A stretch of DNA of 63,707 nucleotides, from positions 1-63,707 of the IMG/VR virus record IMGVR_UViG_3300018719_000005. The stretch is one strand, 5' to 3'. Numbering within the stretch: position 1 is the first letter of the stretch; each line of letters starts with the position of its first letter. Below the pieces are notes generated by a model, which worked only from the letters and a program-made list of their open reading frames with translations, was not told the DNA's origin and did not search any database. The stretch comes from a virus. Positions 28,477 through 38,006 of this stretch are shown here, piece after piece. Position numbers and translations under genes: made by a program.

Positions 28477-29535
28477 TTACGCGGCTACATTCAGCACCTT
28501 ACGTGCCTCTTTATTCAGAATTTCGAAACCACCCTCATAGGAGATGGCAGACAACATAATTTGTGTATCAATCAACTTGTCATGCTCCATCATTAACGGT
28601 GCGGCCACAATGCGATTGAGTGCGTAACGAGTGTCCAGTCCAATCACGAGATCCTGTGGCACATCGTCACAACGTTCAGGCATTCCACCAATTGTTTGTT
28701 CAACCTGTCCTGTTTTGGCATAAAGGAAACCAGCTAATGGATTACTAAACTCAGGTAATGTGATGATGTCGGTGAACAGGTCTTCCTTTGCCAAGAAGAT
28801 ATTTGGCTTGTACGCCTGCTTGAATTGATTCTTGAATCGAACAAAACGCTTGTAGTCGATTTTGCCAGCTGTACCACCAAGGTCTCCAGCCAAATCAAAT
28901 GTATCTGCTCCAGAGACACCACCATCACCATTGATCAGGACCTCAATAGCTGCCAGCACTTCATCTAAGGCCAATTGAGCGCCGAATTGTTGGAGCTGAA
29001 GAGAGTACACATTGAGCTTTTGATTGCGGATCGCTTGGTAAGTTGCATCCAATACGCGACCGTAACGGAAGACAGTAATCTCTTTGTCACCCAATCGAAT
29101 TTTTGTCCGCGGCATTGGAGCCCCTTGAGCAACGCGTTGCAGGCGTGCTCCTTCTTCGGCATGTTCCCATACAGCTGTCTTGTACGTATCAGATCCGGAA
29201 ATATTGGTTGTTGTTGCAACAAGCTTGTTAATGATGCTGTTCTCTTCGATTCCCTTGCGAATTGCTGTTTCAATGAACGCTGGGAAAAGAATGGAATGCT
29301 CGGTTGTTTCGAAGAACTTGCTGACATTGTCGGCTCGCATACCAAATGTTTTGATCTCACGGGCCGCGAGCTGACGCTGTAGTGCCGTAGTACCTTCAAG
29401 ATCGGATCCTTTGTATTCAATACTTGGATCCAGTTCCTCCAAAACATCGGCTACATGGATACTCTTTGCTGCTGCCTCTTGGAAGATCCCCTTTTCAAGA
29501 TTCACTTTCTTGATGGATTTTTTCTTTTTTTCCAT
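28477..29535 (-). CDS. Major capsid protein
   Basis: 352 aa. Position between the decoration and connector genes, with a strong hairpin-free short spacer. Confidence 0.75.
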   Translation of the reverse strand: MEKKKKSIKKVNLEKGIFQEAAAKSIHVADVLEELDPSIEYKGSDLEGTTALQRQLAAREIKTFGMRADNVSKFFETTEHSILFPAFIETAIRKGIEENSIINKLVATTTNISGSDTYKTAVWEHAEEGARLQRVAQGAPMPRTKIRLGDKEITVFRYGRVLDATYQAIRNQKLNVYSLQLQQFGAQLALDEVLAAIEVLINGDGGVSGADTFDLAGDLGGTAGKIDYKRFVRFKNQFKQAYKPNIFLAKEDLFTDIITLPEFSNPLAGFLYAKTGQVEQTIGGMPERCDDVPQDLVIGLDTRYALNRIVAAPLMMEHDKLIDTQIMLSAISYEGGFEILNKEARKVLNVAA

Positions 29536-29566
29536 TCTTCAAATACCTGCCTCTCTGTTATGGGAT

Positions 29567-29920
29567 TTACAATTCCACTTGTACTTTTCCAGCTGTTGAA
29601 TCAACAACCGTAACAAAACCTCGTCCGTTTGCTGCAGTTCCTGCCGTTTTCACTTTACCGTTTCCATCAACAACAACCTTTGCACCAACAGCAATCGTTC
29701 CATTAGATGCAACTTCCACGTTTCCGAAGCATTCCACGCGTGCGGTGCCGTCCTTTTCTACCCGGCCAAGTACTCCAACAAATGTTGCACCATCCGTTCC
29801 TAGTCCAACTTCGTTGTTTCCTACCATCGTGACTGCTTTGCCGACATCTGCAGTAGTCAAAACGGTCTTAAAAGTTCTGGACCGATCAAAGATTCCTTGA
29901 TTTCCGATTCCACCTAGCAT
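29567..29920 (-). CDS. DUF2190-like capsid decoration/cement protein
   Basis: 117 aa, Gly/Val-rich beta protein directly upstream of the capsid gene. Confidence 0.55.
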   Translation of the reverse strand: MLGGIGNQGIFDRSRTFKTVLTTADVGKAVTMVGNNEVGLGTDGATFVGVLGRVEKDGTARVECFGNVEVASNGTIAVGAKVVVDGNGKVKTAGTAANGRGFVTVVDSTAGKVQVEL

Positions 29921-29945
29921 CTGTCTTCCTCCTTTTTCCGTCGCA

Positions 29946-31058
29946 TTAGACTGAGAATTGTTTCATGTCGATCTCTGGTTCCATTGCTTTACCATCCCCT
30001 AACTCAGCATTCTTTGACTGAGGTGTAGGAGGGAATCTCTTGTCCAATTTCTCCTGGTAAGATTCCTTGATTTCAACGAGGCCGTTGATGTCCGAAACAT
30101 TTTTCAGGACGACTTCCAGCGTCTTTACATTCTCATCCAACATCCCCGCCATTTTGATGATGGCGTTTCGTGTATCTTCAAAGAACTTTTGACCCGCGGC
30201 CACCAATGTAACGTCCGGCTTTTCTTTTTGGGCCATTTCTAGTTGAGACTTTGTTACCGCATGCTGTTCTTTCTCTTTTTTCAGGTCTTCTTCCAGACTC
30301 TTCGCTTTTTCAGCATCTAACTTCCAGCCTTTCACAATAGAAAGGGCATGGTCGTCATCCTTGACTTCCACGCCCAGCGTTTTAAACAGTTCGATCAGAT
30401 TCACTTCTGATTCGCCTCCTTTGATTTTCTTTTCCTTGTCCTCGTCCATCTTCTGGCGAAGGCTTTTTTCCACTCCTGCCCCCTGTTGTGCGGGAACTGC
30501 TACGAAACTAATCTCGTACCAATCAGATACTCCGTTGATCCAGGTGAAGCAGATATCTCCTTCATACTCCTTCCCACGCAGATGTGGGCAGTTACCACCG
30601 TAGTAGCTTTGTTTGCAGACAGAGCATTGAAGCTCTTTGTACGCGAAACCTACGCTAACCTCCTTCAATATACCCGCGTCGATATCATCAATGACTGGCT
30701 GTGTCTTCTCATTGATCGGCATGTATGCCCATCCGAGAAGCTCATACTCACCATCCTGTGCTTGCCTTACTTCGGCTTTGTACACACGCGCTGTTTGCCC
30801 AGATGCACTCCAACGATGGTCAAAGATGAAAGTAACACCCTTCGCCAGCCCTACCATTTCCTCTAGTGATTGTTTCGTAAACCGGTCGCCTTCTCTATCC
30901 ATCCTTGTATGGCAGCAGATAACAGGGAAAGTGTACAATTGTTCAGCTGTAAATTCACGCCGAGTTAGACTGTTGATGATGGCTAGGTCTTCTGAGGATA
31001 TGCTCTTTGTCTCCACTGCGAGACGAGCAGCAATGCTTTTCCGTAGCGTCTTTTCCAA
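29946..31058 (-). CDS. Prohead protease / scaffold (XkdF-like)
   Basis: N-terminal globular half and a Lys/Glu-rich coiled-coil C-terminal half. It sits between the portal and capsid genes. Confidence 0.55.
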   Translation of the reverse strand: MEKTLRKSIAARLAVETKSISSEDLAIINSLTRREFTAEQLYTFPVICCHTRMDREGDRFTKQSLEEMVGLAKGVTFIFDHRWSASGQTARVYKAEVRQAQDGEYELLGWAYMPINEKTQPVIDDIDAGILKEVSVGFAYKELQCSVCKQSYYGGNCPHLRGKEYEGDICFTWINGVSDWYEISFVAVPAQQGAGVEKSLRQKMDEDKEKKIKGGESEVNLIELFKTLGVEVKDDDHALSIVKGWKLDAEKAKSLEEDLKKEKEQHAVTKSQLEMAQKEKPDVTLVAAGQKFFEDTRNAIIKMAGMLDENVKTLEVVLKNVSDINGLVEIKESYQEKLDKRFPPTPQSKNAELGDGKAMEPEIDMKQFSV

Positions 31059-33219
31059 CCTTATTCACCTCCCTTCGAACGCTCTTTCTATCCGCACCCG
31101 ATCGATCAAAGTAGACAAGATTACCAGCTGCTTGTGCTTCATCAGCTGTCGTTACTGTGACATCCATCTTTCGGCACCGACAATGCGGGTGAGTGTCTTT
31201 TACCGTTCGAGGGGAATCAAGTAAAGGAAACACCTTATTCGCGTATTGACGGCATGCAGGGCAGGCATCAGGGGAGATAATCCATTTCAAATATTGAATG
31301 TCCTGAGCTTTGTACTCTTCCTCTGCTGCTCTATCAAACATCATAGCCGCCTCAGAACGCCCTAGTCGTCTCCAATACCAGCGCGGTGCATCTAGTTGGT
31401 CTCCAAGTTCTCTTTGAAGTGAAGTTGCCCATTCCTCAGGGTTATCTCCAACCGTCGCATGTCTCTCCATGATCTCGAGACATGCCTCTTTCATTTCACT
31501 TGCTTTAGTGACGACAAGAGACATTCCATCAGATCGAAGAGTACGCACATACGTAGAACCAGAGTCAAACTGACTTCTTACAGATGCTTCTGGATTAATC
31601 TCTCGTCGTATGTCCTCAACAGCAGCCTGAAATCCAGCAGTTCCAGCCTGTTGTAGCATTTCATCATAGTAGGAAGGTTGGCTATCTTTCCCCAAGATCA
31701 AGTCTGCTAGGAAGTCATTGAATTCTTCCGTGACAAATTCATTGATCTCATTGGGATCCACTGATTTAAGTGTCTTCCCCTTTGATACCCGCTCTTCCAT
31801 GAACGAAAAAAGACGTTCCCTCATCGATCTCAGCTTCCTGATGGTCGATGTTTCAAACGTCCTGGCAATGCGGTCTATTTTCTTTGTATCTCGCTCTTTT
31901 TGCGGTAGCCGCTCGGGATCAAGGTCATTGTCTCCATCCTTGATCATTCGCTTGATCGACTTACCGCCCGGCTGCTTTTTTCTTGCCGCTATCATTTCTT
32001 CTACGATTTCCGGCTCGATGTACCCTTGCTCCTCAAGATCTCTTGCTACCATGATGTTTTGTAGACGTTGCCCTTCTGCCCTCGCATTGGTCAATTCGGC
32101 ATTTGCCAGTCCTTCGATATCCGCTAGAGTAACCTCGTCCCACTTGATTTCATAATCCAGAGGATAACCCCGGAACTTCAACCACCACTCTACTACTTGA
32201 GAAACCCCCGGATTAACCATATCTCTCCAGTCATCAATCAGTGATGTAAGGAAGTCGGCCTGTGTCTTGGTCATGGTTTCCCGGGCTGCCCAAGAGAAAC
32301 CGAATACGAAAGGCGGCAAACCGGTCTTCGCAACAATCTGTTCCATGAGGGTACGTGCGGGGACTTCCATTTCCAGTTGCTTAGCATCAGCTCCAATGAC
32401 CGAGACCTTTACAAAAGATCCGAAGAAGTCTTGCACCTTACCTTCACGAGTTTTCTTCATAGCTTCGGACCACGACTTCTGAGCCTGCTCAATGAACTTT
32501 GTAGCATCCTCTGCTTTCGTTCCTTGGGGAAACTCAAATCCGAGACTGTACTTAAGGTCCCCAAAGCGCTCCCAGTTTCGGCCGGTTGCATAGAAGATTG
32601 TTAGAAGAATATCCGCGATAAAGGGAAGACCGGTAAGCAAACCTTTCCCATATGGATTCTCGGGTTCAGCTTCATAGGCTGTATAGACGATCCAATCTTG
32701 TACCGGATAAACCACCGGTTCTGGCTCCATCGGTTGTCGTTCAGCAAGGATCAATTCGGTAGGATCTTCGGTATTCCGAACTACTACGTTTTCGGCAACG
32801 ATCGGCAGTAGTGCATAGATATCTGTCCTCGAACGATACGGCACGATTTCCGTAACGCTAAAGCCGTTTTGGATCATTCCATCCACGAACGAGGAGATAA
32901 ATGTCCCGAACCCCTTTCCCACTTTACCGACCTTTACTGTCTTTGCCCAGTTGTCCCACTCTTTTTGCCTTCGTGAGTTAGGAGCACCGACGATCACCTT
33001 AGGTACTCCAATAAGACGCCTAAGGTTTTGGATCCCCACACCGATGATTGGAACACCATCTCGCATCTGTTTGTACACTTTTACCTGTATCTGGTTGGGG
33101 ACATAGCTTTTAAGAGCATCGAATGGGTGCGCTCCTCCACTTCGGGTTTGAGTACCAGAATATCGGTCGTTTCCTCCTATGCTTTTTCTTCGCCATAGTA
33201 TCCAATCTAACCATCCCAT
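30955..33219 (-). CDS. Portal protein fused to a MuF/SPP1 gp7-type minor head protein
   Basis: SD AAAGGAGGTG lies 8 nt before ATG 33219. C-terminal motif: CPACRQYANKVF....THPHCRCR. The 3' end overlaps the next gene by 104 nt. Confidence 0.8.
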   Translation of the reverse strand: MGWLDWILWRRKSIGGNDRYSGTQTRSGGAHPFDALKSYVPNQIQVKVYKQMRDGVPIIGVGIQNLRRLIGVPKVIVGAPNSRRQKEWDNWAKTVKVGKVGKGFGTFISSFVDGMIQNGFSVTEIVPYRSRTDIYALLPIVAENVVVRNTEDPTELILAERQPMEPEPVVYPVQDWIVYTAYEAEPENPYGKGLLTGLPFIADILLTIFYATGRNWERFGDLKYSLGFEFPQGTKAEDATKFIEQAQKSWSEAMKKTREGKVQDFFGSFVKVSVIGADAKQLEMEVPARTLMEQIVAKTGLPPFVFGFSWAARETMTKTQADFLTSLIDDWRDMVNPGVSQVVEWWLKFRGYPLDYEIKWDEVTLADIEGLANAELTNARAEGQRLQNIMVARDLEEQGYIEPEIVEEMIAARKKQPGGKSIKRMIKDGDNDLDPERLPQKERDTKKIDRIARTFETSTIRKLRSMRERLFSFMEERVSKGKTLKSVDPNEINEFVTEEFNDFLADLILGKDSQPSYYDEMLQQAGTAGFQAAVEDIRREINPEASVRSQFDSGSTYVRTLRSDGMSLVVTKASEMKEACLEIMERHATVGDNPEEWATSLQRELGDQLDAPRWYWRRLGRSEAAMMFDRAAEEEYKAQDIQYLKWIISPDACPACRQYANKVFPLLDSPRTVKDTHPHCRCRKMDVTVTTADEAQAAGNLVYFDRSGADRKSVRREVNKVGKDATEKHCCSSRSGDKEHILRRPSHHQQSNSA

Positions 33220-33492
33220 GTTAATTACACCTCCTTTCAAAGCTTGTAAATCGAAGAAGATTACACTTCTTCACGCGAAATAGTATGTTGTCCAGGCTTT
33301 GCTGACATTTTAAATAGTTCCGGAACTAAATAATCCCCAAAACGGCTGAAACTAACCGAATTTGAGGATTTAATAAATTGATAAAATAGATTTTTACATA
33401 GACCCAAAATTCAAGTTTAATGACATCCGACCATACCGTAAGATCTAATGGTCACATATCTTGGTGTTAACTTGAGGAAAGGTTGTGTTAAA

Positions 33493-33948
33493 ATGCCAGG
33501 TTCTGAAAATAAGATACTTGAATACTCCTATTCTGAACCATACTCAACAATGTGCCCTCAAACGACTCCATGGGGCGGTTCGTACCATACTCCTTGTATA
33601 AAAACTAGACATAGAAAAACTGGGGTTTTTGTTGGTTATAACTATCCTGTTTTGCCAGGTGGTCGCCCCATTACTATTCGCGATCCGATTACGGGGCGAA
33701 CTCACACCATTAGTACAGGATCTCCTCAATATATTCAAATTCACAAATGTGCAGAGATTGCTGTTGCTCAAGCTAAACCAATAATAGCAGGTGCAATTCC
33801 AGGAGGACCAGCTGCAGTTGCTGCTGCAATAAAACCTGCAAATGAAGTTTTAAGAAAAACATTTTTTGAATGTCTAAATCAAAGTGGTGTATCTCCACAA
33901 GCAAAAAGAGAATCGAATATCGGGATTTATCAAAAACGTTTGGAATAG
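33493..33948 (+). CDS. Opposite-strand moron, unknown function (151 aa, Pro/Gly/Cys-containing)
   Basis: ATG 33493 follows GAGGAAAGG. The gene lies in an AT-rich spacer between the terL and portal genes. Confidence 0.55.
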   Translation: MPGSENKILEYSYSEPYSTMCPQTTPWGGSYHTPCIKTRHRKTGVFVGYNYPVLPGGRPITIRDPITGRTHTISTGSPQYIQIHKCAEIAVAQAKPIIAGAIPGGPAAVAAAIKPANEVLRKTFFECLNQSGVSPQAKRESNIGIYQKRLE

Positions 33949-33997
33949 TAATAACTTTATCCCCCTTCCTTTAAGGGAACAATAATAAAGAACATAA

Positions 33998-35446
33998 TTA
34001 CTCTCGTAAAGCCGTTCCCACAAATAGAAGAGGAGTGTTCGTCTTGATTTCAGCAAAGGATAACACTACTGCATCCGCACGGTCAGGAGAATCAAGACCG
34101 CGCTTCTTCATTTCCTTTTTCCGCTCAAGGGCAATCTTGCCCCGGCTGGTCATCCGGTACTTCCTTTGTGTCAGCTGTGTTATCAGTCGTTCATCATCCG
34201 GCAGCTCGATTCCATTCGCCTGCCCCTGCATATGTGCTGAGAAGTTCTCCTGAAGTAGATCCCGAAGATGAGCCCACATTTCAGTCCCAAGGCTGTCATA
34301 GTACTCTGCTTCATCGTCTGTAGGACGAGATCCATTGTTCACGGGAATGATTTCCCAGTTGGATAGTCCTTCTTCTTTAATGATCTCATTTAGGCGGTCG
34401 GTTACTCCACCACCCACTCCAGTATCATCTACCTTGATTCGGACGGTCGACAGCTGAGGATAATTACGAAGGAACTCCTTCACAGTACTTATGCACCACC
34501 CTGCAGTCACCATCGTGTCCTGCTTCTGATAACAACGTAGAGGAAATACCTTCATACCAATACGTGGCGCGATTACCGTTTCATCGTCACCGAAACGAGC
34601 AACGTCCACACCAATGTCAAGGGTGTCGCCAGTCGGTTCAACCGTGTTTCCTACGGCAAGCTCCGCAAGTTCCAAAGCGATAAAAGCATCTGCCTCTGCT
34701 TTTGGGAAGTCACCATATACCCGGACCCGAACAACATCACTTTCGGCTCCATACTTGGCAATGAGCATCTGAATATTGTCTTTGCTGGTCCTTTTACTAT
34801 CCAGGCTGGATACTTTGTGCGTCCGGAATTTATCTCGGTCTCTATGATGTGAATCATAAAAAACCCCACTGGTTCGAGTTGGGTTACCGCACATCAGCAA
34901 TTTGTTTTCAGGACCGGATAGCGTACCGAGAATGGCTTCCATAATCGGATCAGCAACCCCAGAAGCCTCGTCCACAATGAACAGCATGTAGTCTTCGTGG
35001 AAACCTTGCATGTTCTCAGGCTTAGTGGCTGTGCGGGCAGTGGAAAACCATCTTTCCTCATGGCCAATCATGTAAATCTTCGTTTTCGTCCATTTGAGGA
35101 GGTTTTTAACCTTTGATCGTTCTAACCATTTGGCTACCTCTGCCCAAAGAACATCATGAAGCTGTTGCCGAGTCGGTGCGGTACACACTACTTTGGGATT
35201 TGGCCGGCAACATAGAAACCATATTACCAAAGCCGCCTCAAAAGCTGTTTTACCCACCCCTTGTCCTGACCTTATACTTGTGCGGGGATAGTGAGCTACG
35301 TCCATCATAGCGGCTCTTTGCCAGTCATCAGGATCGAAATCAAGGATGTCCTCTGCAAAGGCAACCGGGTTATCCCAATAAACATCAATAAGGGCTTCAA
35401 GCGTCGCCAGGACGTTGTAAGGATGATTTGTCGACATTGTCCCCAC
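33998..35446 (-). CDS. terL: Terminase large subunit
   Basis: Walker A GQGVGKT, Walker B LFIVDEASGV, and a C-terminal nuclease half. Confidence 0.9.
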   Translation of the reverse strand: MGTMSTNHPYNVLATLEALIDVYWDNPVAFAEDILDFDPDDWQRAAMMDVAHYPRTSIRSGQGVGKTAFEAALVIWFLCCRPNPKVVCTAPTRQQLHDVLWAEVAKWLERSKVKNLLKWTKTKIYMIGHEERWFSTARTATKPENMQGFHEDYMLFIVDEASGVADPIMEAILGTLSGPENKLLMCGNPTRTSGVFYDSHHRDRDKFRTHKVSSLDSKRTSKDNIQMLIAKYGAESDVVRVRVYGDFPKAEADAFIALELAELAVGNTVEPTGDTLDIGVDVARFGDDETVIAPRIGMKVFPLRCYQKQDTMVTAGWCISTVKEFLRNYPQLSTVRIKVDDTGVGGGVTDRLNEIIKEEGLSNWEIIPVNNGSRPTDDEAEYYDSLGTEMWAHLRDLLQENFSAHMQGQANGIELPDDERLITQLTQRKYRMTSRGKIALERKKEMKKRGLDSPDRADAVVLSFAEIKTNTPLLFVGTALRE

Positions 35447-36305
35447 TCTCCCTCATGGCTCTTCTTCGTTCAGCGACGTTAAGCAGGGCGGTTGTCCATT
35501 CCTCAGCATTTTGGTTTTTTCCTCCCCCTCTTAATGAATCAACTTCAGCTTTAAGCTTCTCGATCCGTAGACGCTGCTCCTCAGTAGCCAATCCTTTGTT
35601 ACACATGTCCTCATACTGACGTATAAGGGATTGAAGGGTGCTCATCGCCCGGGATTGTGCATGCAGAAATGTTGCGTGCTTATCCCAAGCAAACTGAATT
35701 TCCCACTCTTGTTCCTTCATTTCCATGCCTTCGTTAGACATAGACTTGTTCTTTCGGACCTCCTTCGTGATGTTTCCCTGATCCTGGACAAACATCAGCC
35801 GCTGAGCCCGGATAATCGCTGTATACTGAATAACGATGTTATCCCAGAGCATGTCGATGGGTGATCGCGTCTCGATCTGTTCCATGATCTCCAGCGTCTC
35901 CTCTGGGAAGAACTTACGAAAAAAGCCGTGGGTTACGGCGTTGCTGTTCCCTTTCGGTGCAGCCCCACCTTTGTTTCCCACGGCGTTCTTATTCCCTTTT
36001 GGCGCTCCTGCTCGATTAGTAACGTTACTTTTCGGAATGGTAACGTTACTATTCAACCGATCTTCCCACCTATCTTGGTTCTTCCATTTGCGGATCTGTG
36101 TGTCTAATAATCCTAAAGCATCGGCAATGTCCTTCAGCAACATTTTGCCGTCGCTCTCACGCCACATCTCGAACGCTTTTTCTCTATCCGGACTTCGCGC
36201 TCTTGCCACTACATCACCACCACCACCTATTGAGTTTGTTTTGAAAAAGGAGATACCTCCCTGTTGTCGAACATTGGAATTGAAGGGAGGTGGAAATATT
36301 GCCAC
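35397..36305 (-). CDS. terS: Terminase small subunit (YqaS-like). The start is uncertain.
   Basis: HTH LLKDIADALGLLDTQIRKWKNQDRW plus GAPKGNKNAVGNKGGAAPKGNSNAVTHG repeats. Confidence 0.7.
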   Translation of the reverse strand: MAIFPPPFNSNVRQQGGISFFKTNSIGGGGDVVARARSPDREKAFEMWRESDGKMLLKDIADALGLLDTQIRKWKNQDRWEDRLNSNVTIPKSNVTNRAGAPKGNKNAVGNKGGAAPKGNSNAVTHGFFRKFFPEETLEIMEQIETRSPIDMLWDNIVIQYTAIIRAQRLMFVQDQGNITKEVRKNKSMSNEGMEMKEQEWEIQFAWDKHATFLHAQSRAMSTLQSLIRQYEDMCNKGLATEEQRLRIEKLKAEVDSLRGGGKNQNAEEWTTALLNVAERRRAMRESGDNVDKSSLQRPGDA

Positions 36306-36628
36306 TTGAAAGAGTCTATAGAAGTAACCATCATCAATACGACATGGAAGTTCATAAGACAGCGGATGATTCCTATCTTGTCGTTAAAGTCGGGCCAATT
36401 AATGTTGGTAATGGACATATCCTAACTAGACGTGAATCAAAGGAAGATGCAATCAGAGCTGCGGAACAATTTCCAAAAATGTATGCAATTGCACAACAAG
36501 AAGGCTTTGGATTGAACGATGAAGACTTTGTGCACTCTGATGGAAGAAAAGTTTGGATCTCATATGCATTTGACATTGATCGCTCGGAAGATAATTTCAG
36601 ACGTCTTCTAAGAGGACAATCTGATTAG
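36299..36628 (+). CDS. Opposite-strand small protein. The start is uncertain (TTG 36299 or ATG 36344).
   Basis: SD GGGAGGTGG lies before TTG 36299. A T-run hairpin follows the gene. Confidence 0.45.
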   Translation: MPLERVYRSNHHQYDMEVHKTADDSYLVVKVGPINVGNGHILTRRESKEDAIRAAEQFPKMYAIAQQEGFGLNDEDFVHSDGRKVWISYAFDIDRSEDNFRRLLRGQSD

Positions 36629-36655
36629 CCACCCTCACCGGTGGTTCTTTTTTAC
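36629..36655 (+). terminator. Weak rho-independent terminator
   Basis: ccacc/ggtgg stem followed by ttctttttt. It sits between convergent genes. Confidence 0.4.
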
Positions 36656-36684
36656 AAAAGAAAAAGTATTTGAGACGTTTATTC

Positions 36685-37404
36685 TTATTTTTTCTTTGGG
36701 GAAACCTTATACATATCAATGTCGTAAATAGTTAGAAATATATGCTCAATTACTTTAATTCCAGAAACAATTAATGACCTTTTTGGTGATTCTATTTCAT
36801 GTACAGTATAATTTCCAAGTTCTCTGATTTGTTGAAGGATTTGAGCTTCTTTTGTAACTATGTAACCTTTCTCAACTAAGCCATTAATTTTTGCAACTAA
36901 ATTTATTGTTCGTTTAATAGTGCCGTCATTACTTAGCCTCTTGTTTCCGTTTTCATCTAATAAGTATCCATCAGTAATTTCCTGATCTTTACAAATGCCT
37001 TCTACAATCATTCTCAAACCGATAGCAGCTAGAAAATATGATTTAGCATTACAAGCATCCACTGTTTGTTTATACAACTCTCTAAGAATTTCTGGCACAT
37101 TATAATGTTGTTTAGGTACTAAATTGAACCCTGTACGATTCGTTTTAGGTTCTTCAGGATATACCTTTAAAATAGAATATTCGATCCATTCACCATATTG
37201 ATCGAATCCCTCCATAGATTTATCCCACTCTTCATGGACAAATCCAACTCGGTCACATCCCCTACACTGGACAACGTAATAATTATCAAATGCTGTAATT
37301 TCCTGATCAAAATCAATATGATTTACAGTATGACAGTAAATAACACTATGATTTGTATCACGTTTACATGAATGACAATATACCTTTTCATCTAATTTTT
37401 CCAT
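36685..37404 (-). CDS. Zinc-ribbon + DUF4145 protein
   Basis: SD AAGGGGG lies 6 nt before ATG 37404. N-terminus: CHSC...CRGC. C-terminus: AAIGLRMIVEGICKD...INGLVEKGYIVTKEAQILQQIRELGNYTVHE. Confidence 0.7.
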   Translation of the reverse strand: MEKLDEKVYCHSCKRDTNHSVIYCHTVNHIDFDQEITAFDNYYVVQCRGCDRVGFVHEEWDKSMEGFDQYGEWIEYSILKVYPEEPKTNRTGFNLVPKQHYNVPEILRELYKQTVDACNAKSYFLAAIGLRMIVEGICKDQEITDGYLLDENGNKRLSNDGTIKRTINLVAKINGLVEKGYIVTKEAQILQQIRELGNYTVHEIESPKRSLIVSGIKVIEHIFLTIYDIDMYKVSPKKK

Positions 37405-37530
37405 TGATAACCCCCTTGTTTTTAATTGTAAAGAATATTTCGATGTTGTATATAAAATATCACTCATTGTTGAAGGTAGGACTTATAAAAGCTAGGGAGT
37501 GCGTTACTCAATAAGTATTTAAATTGCAGA

Positions 37531-37782
37531 TTAATCGTTGTGAGGAAACTTGCTTGTACCTCTTTTTGTAGTCATCTGTTCCCCTCTTTGTACCTCGGTA
37601 ATTTCTCTTTTACTTCCCCTTCTTAAAGCGTCTAATTCATACACTGAAAACTCCATCCGACTCTCAAAATACTCATACAAAGCAGTACTCATTAAACCAG
37701 ACATAGTTGTACCAATTGCTTTGCTTCTTTCAGAATACCAATCATACAACTCCTGACTAACGTTAATATTTACACGTGGCAT
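37531..37782 (-). CDS. Ribbon-helix-helix (CopG-like) protein
   Basis: SD GAGGGGGA lies 5 nt before ATG 37782. Motif: MPRVNINVSQELYDWYSERSKAIGTTMSGLMSTALYEYF. Confidence 0.65.
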   Translation of the reverse strand: MPRVNINVSQELYDWYSERSKAIGTTMSGLMSTALYEYFESRMEFSVYELDALRRGSKREITEVQRGEQMTTKRGTSKFPHND

Positions 37783-38006
37783 ATACATCCCCCTCAAAAA
37801 ATTATAACTAGGATATTTTTACCAACACATCATTAAAACGTCAATTCCAATCGTTAATATATCATTTTGATGTAAACCCTTTTCAAAAAACCAAAAAACC
37901 ACTCAGTTTTCTGAGTGGTTGTACTACGTATTCACACTATCATCATAACACGTTTACTTTAAAACTATCTGCCAAGAAACTGCCATTTTCCTGCCATAAT
38001 AATTTA

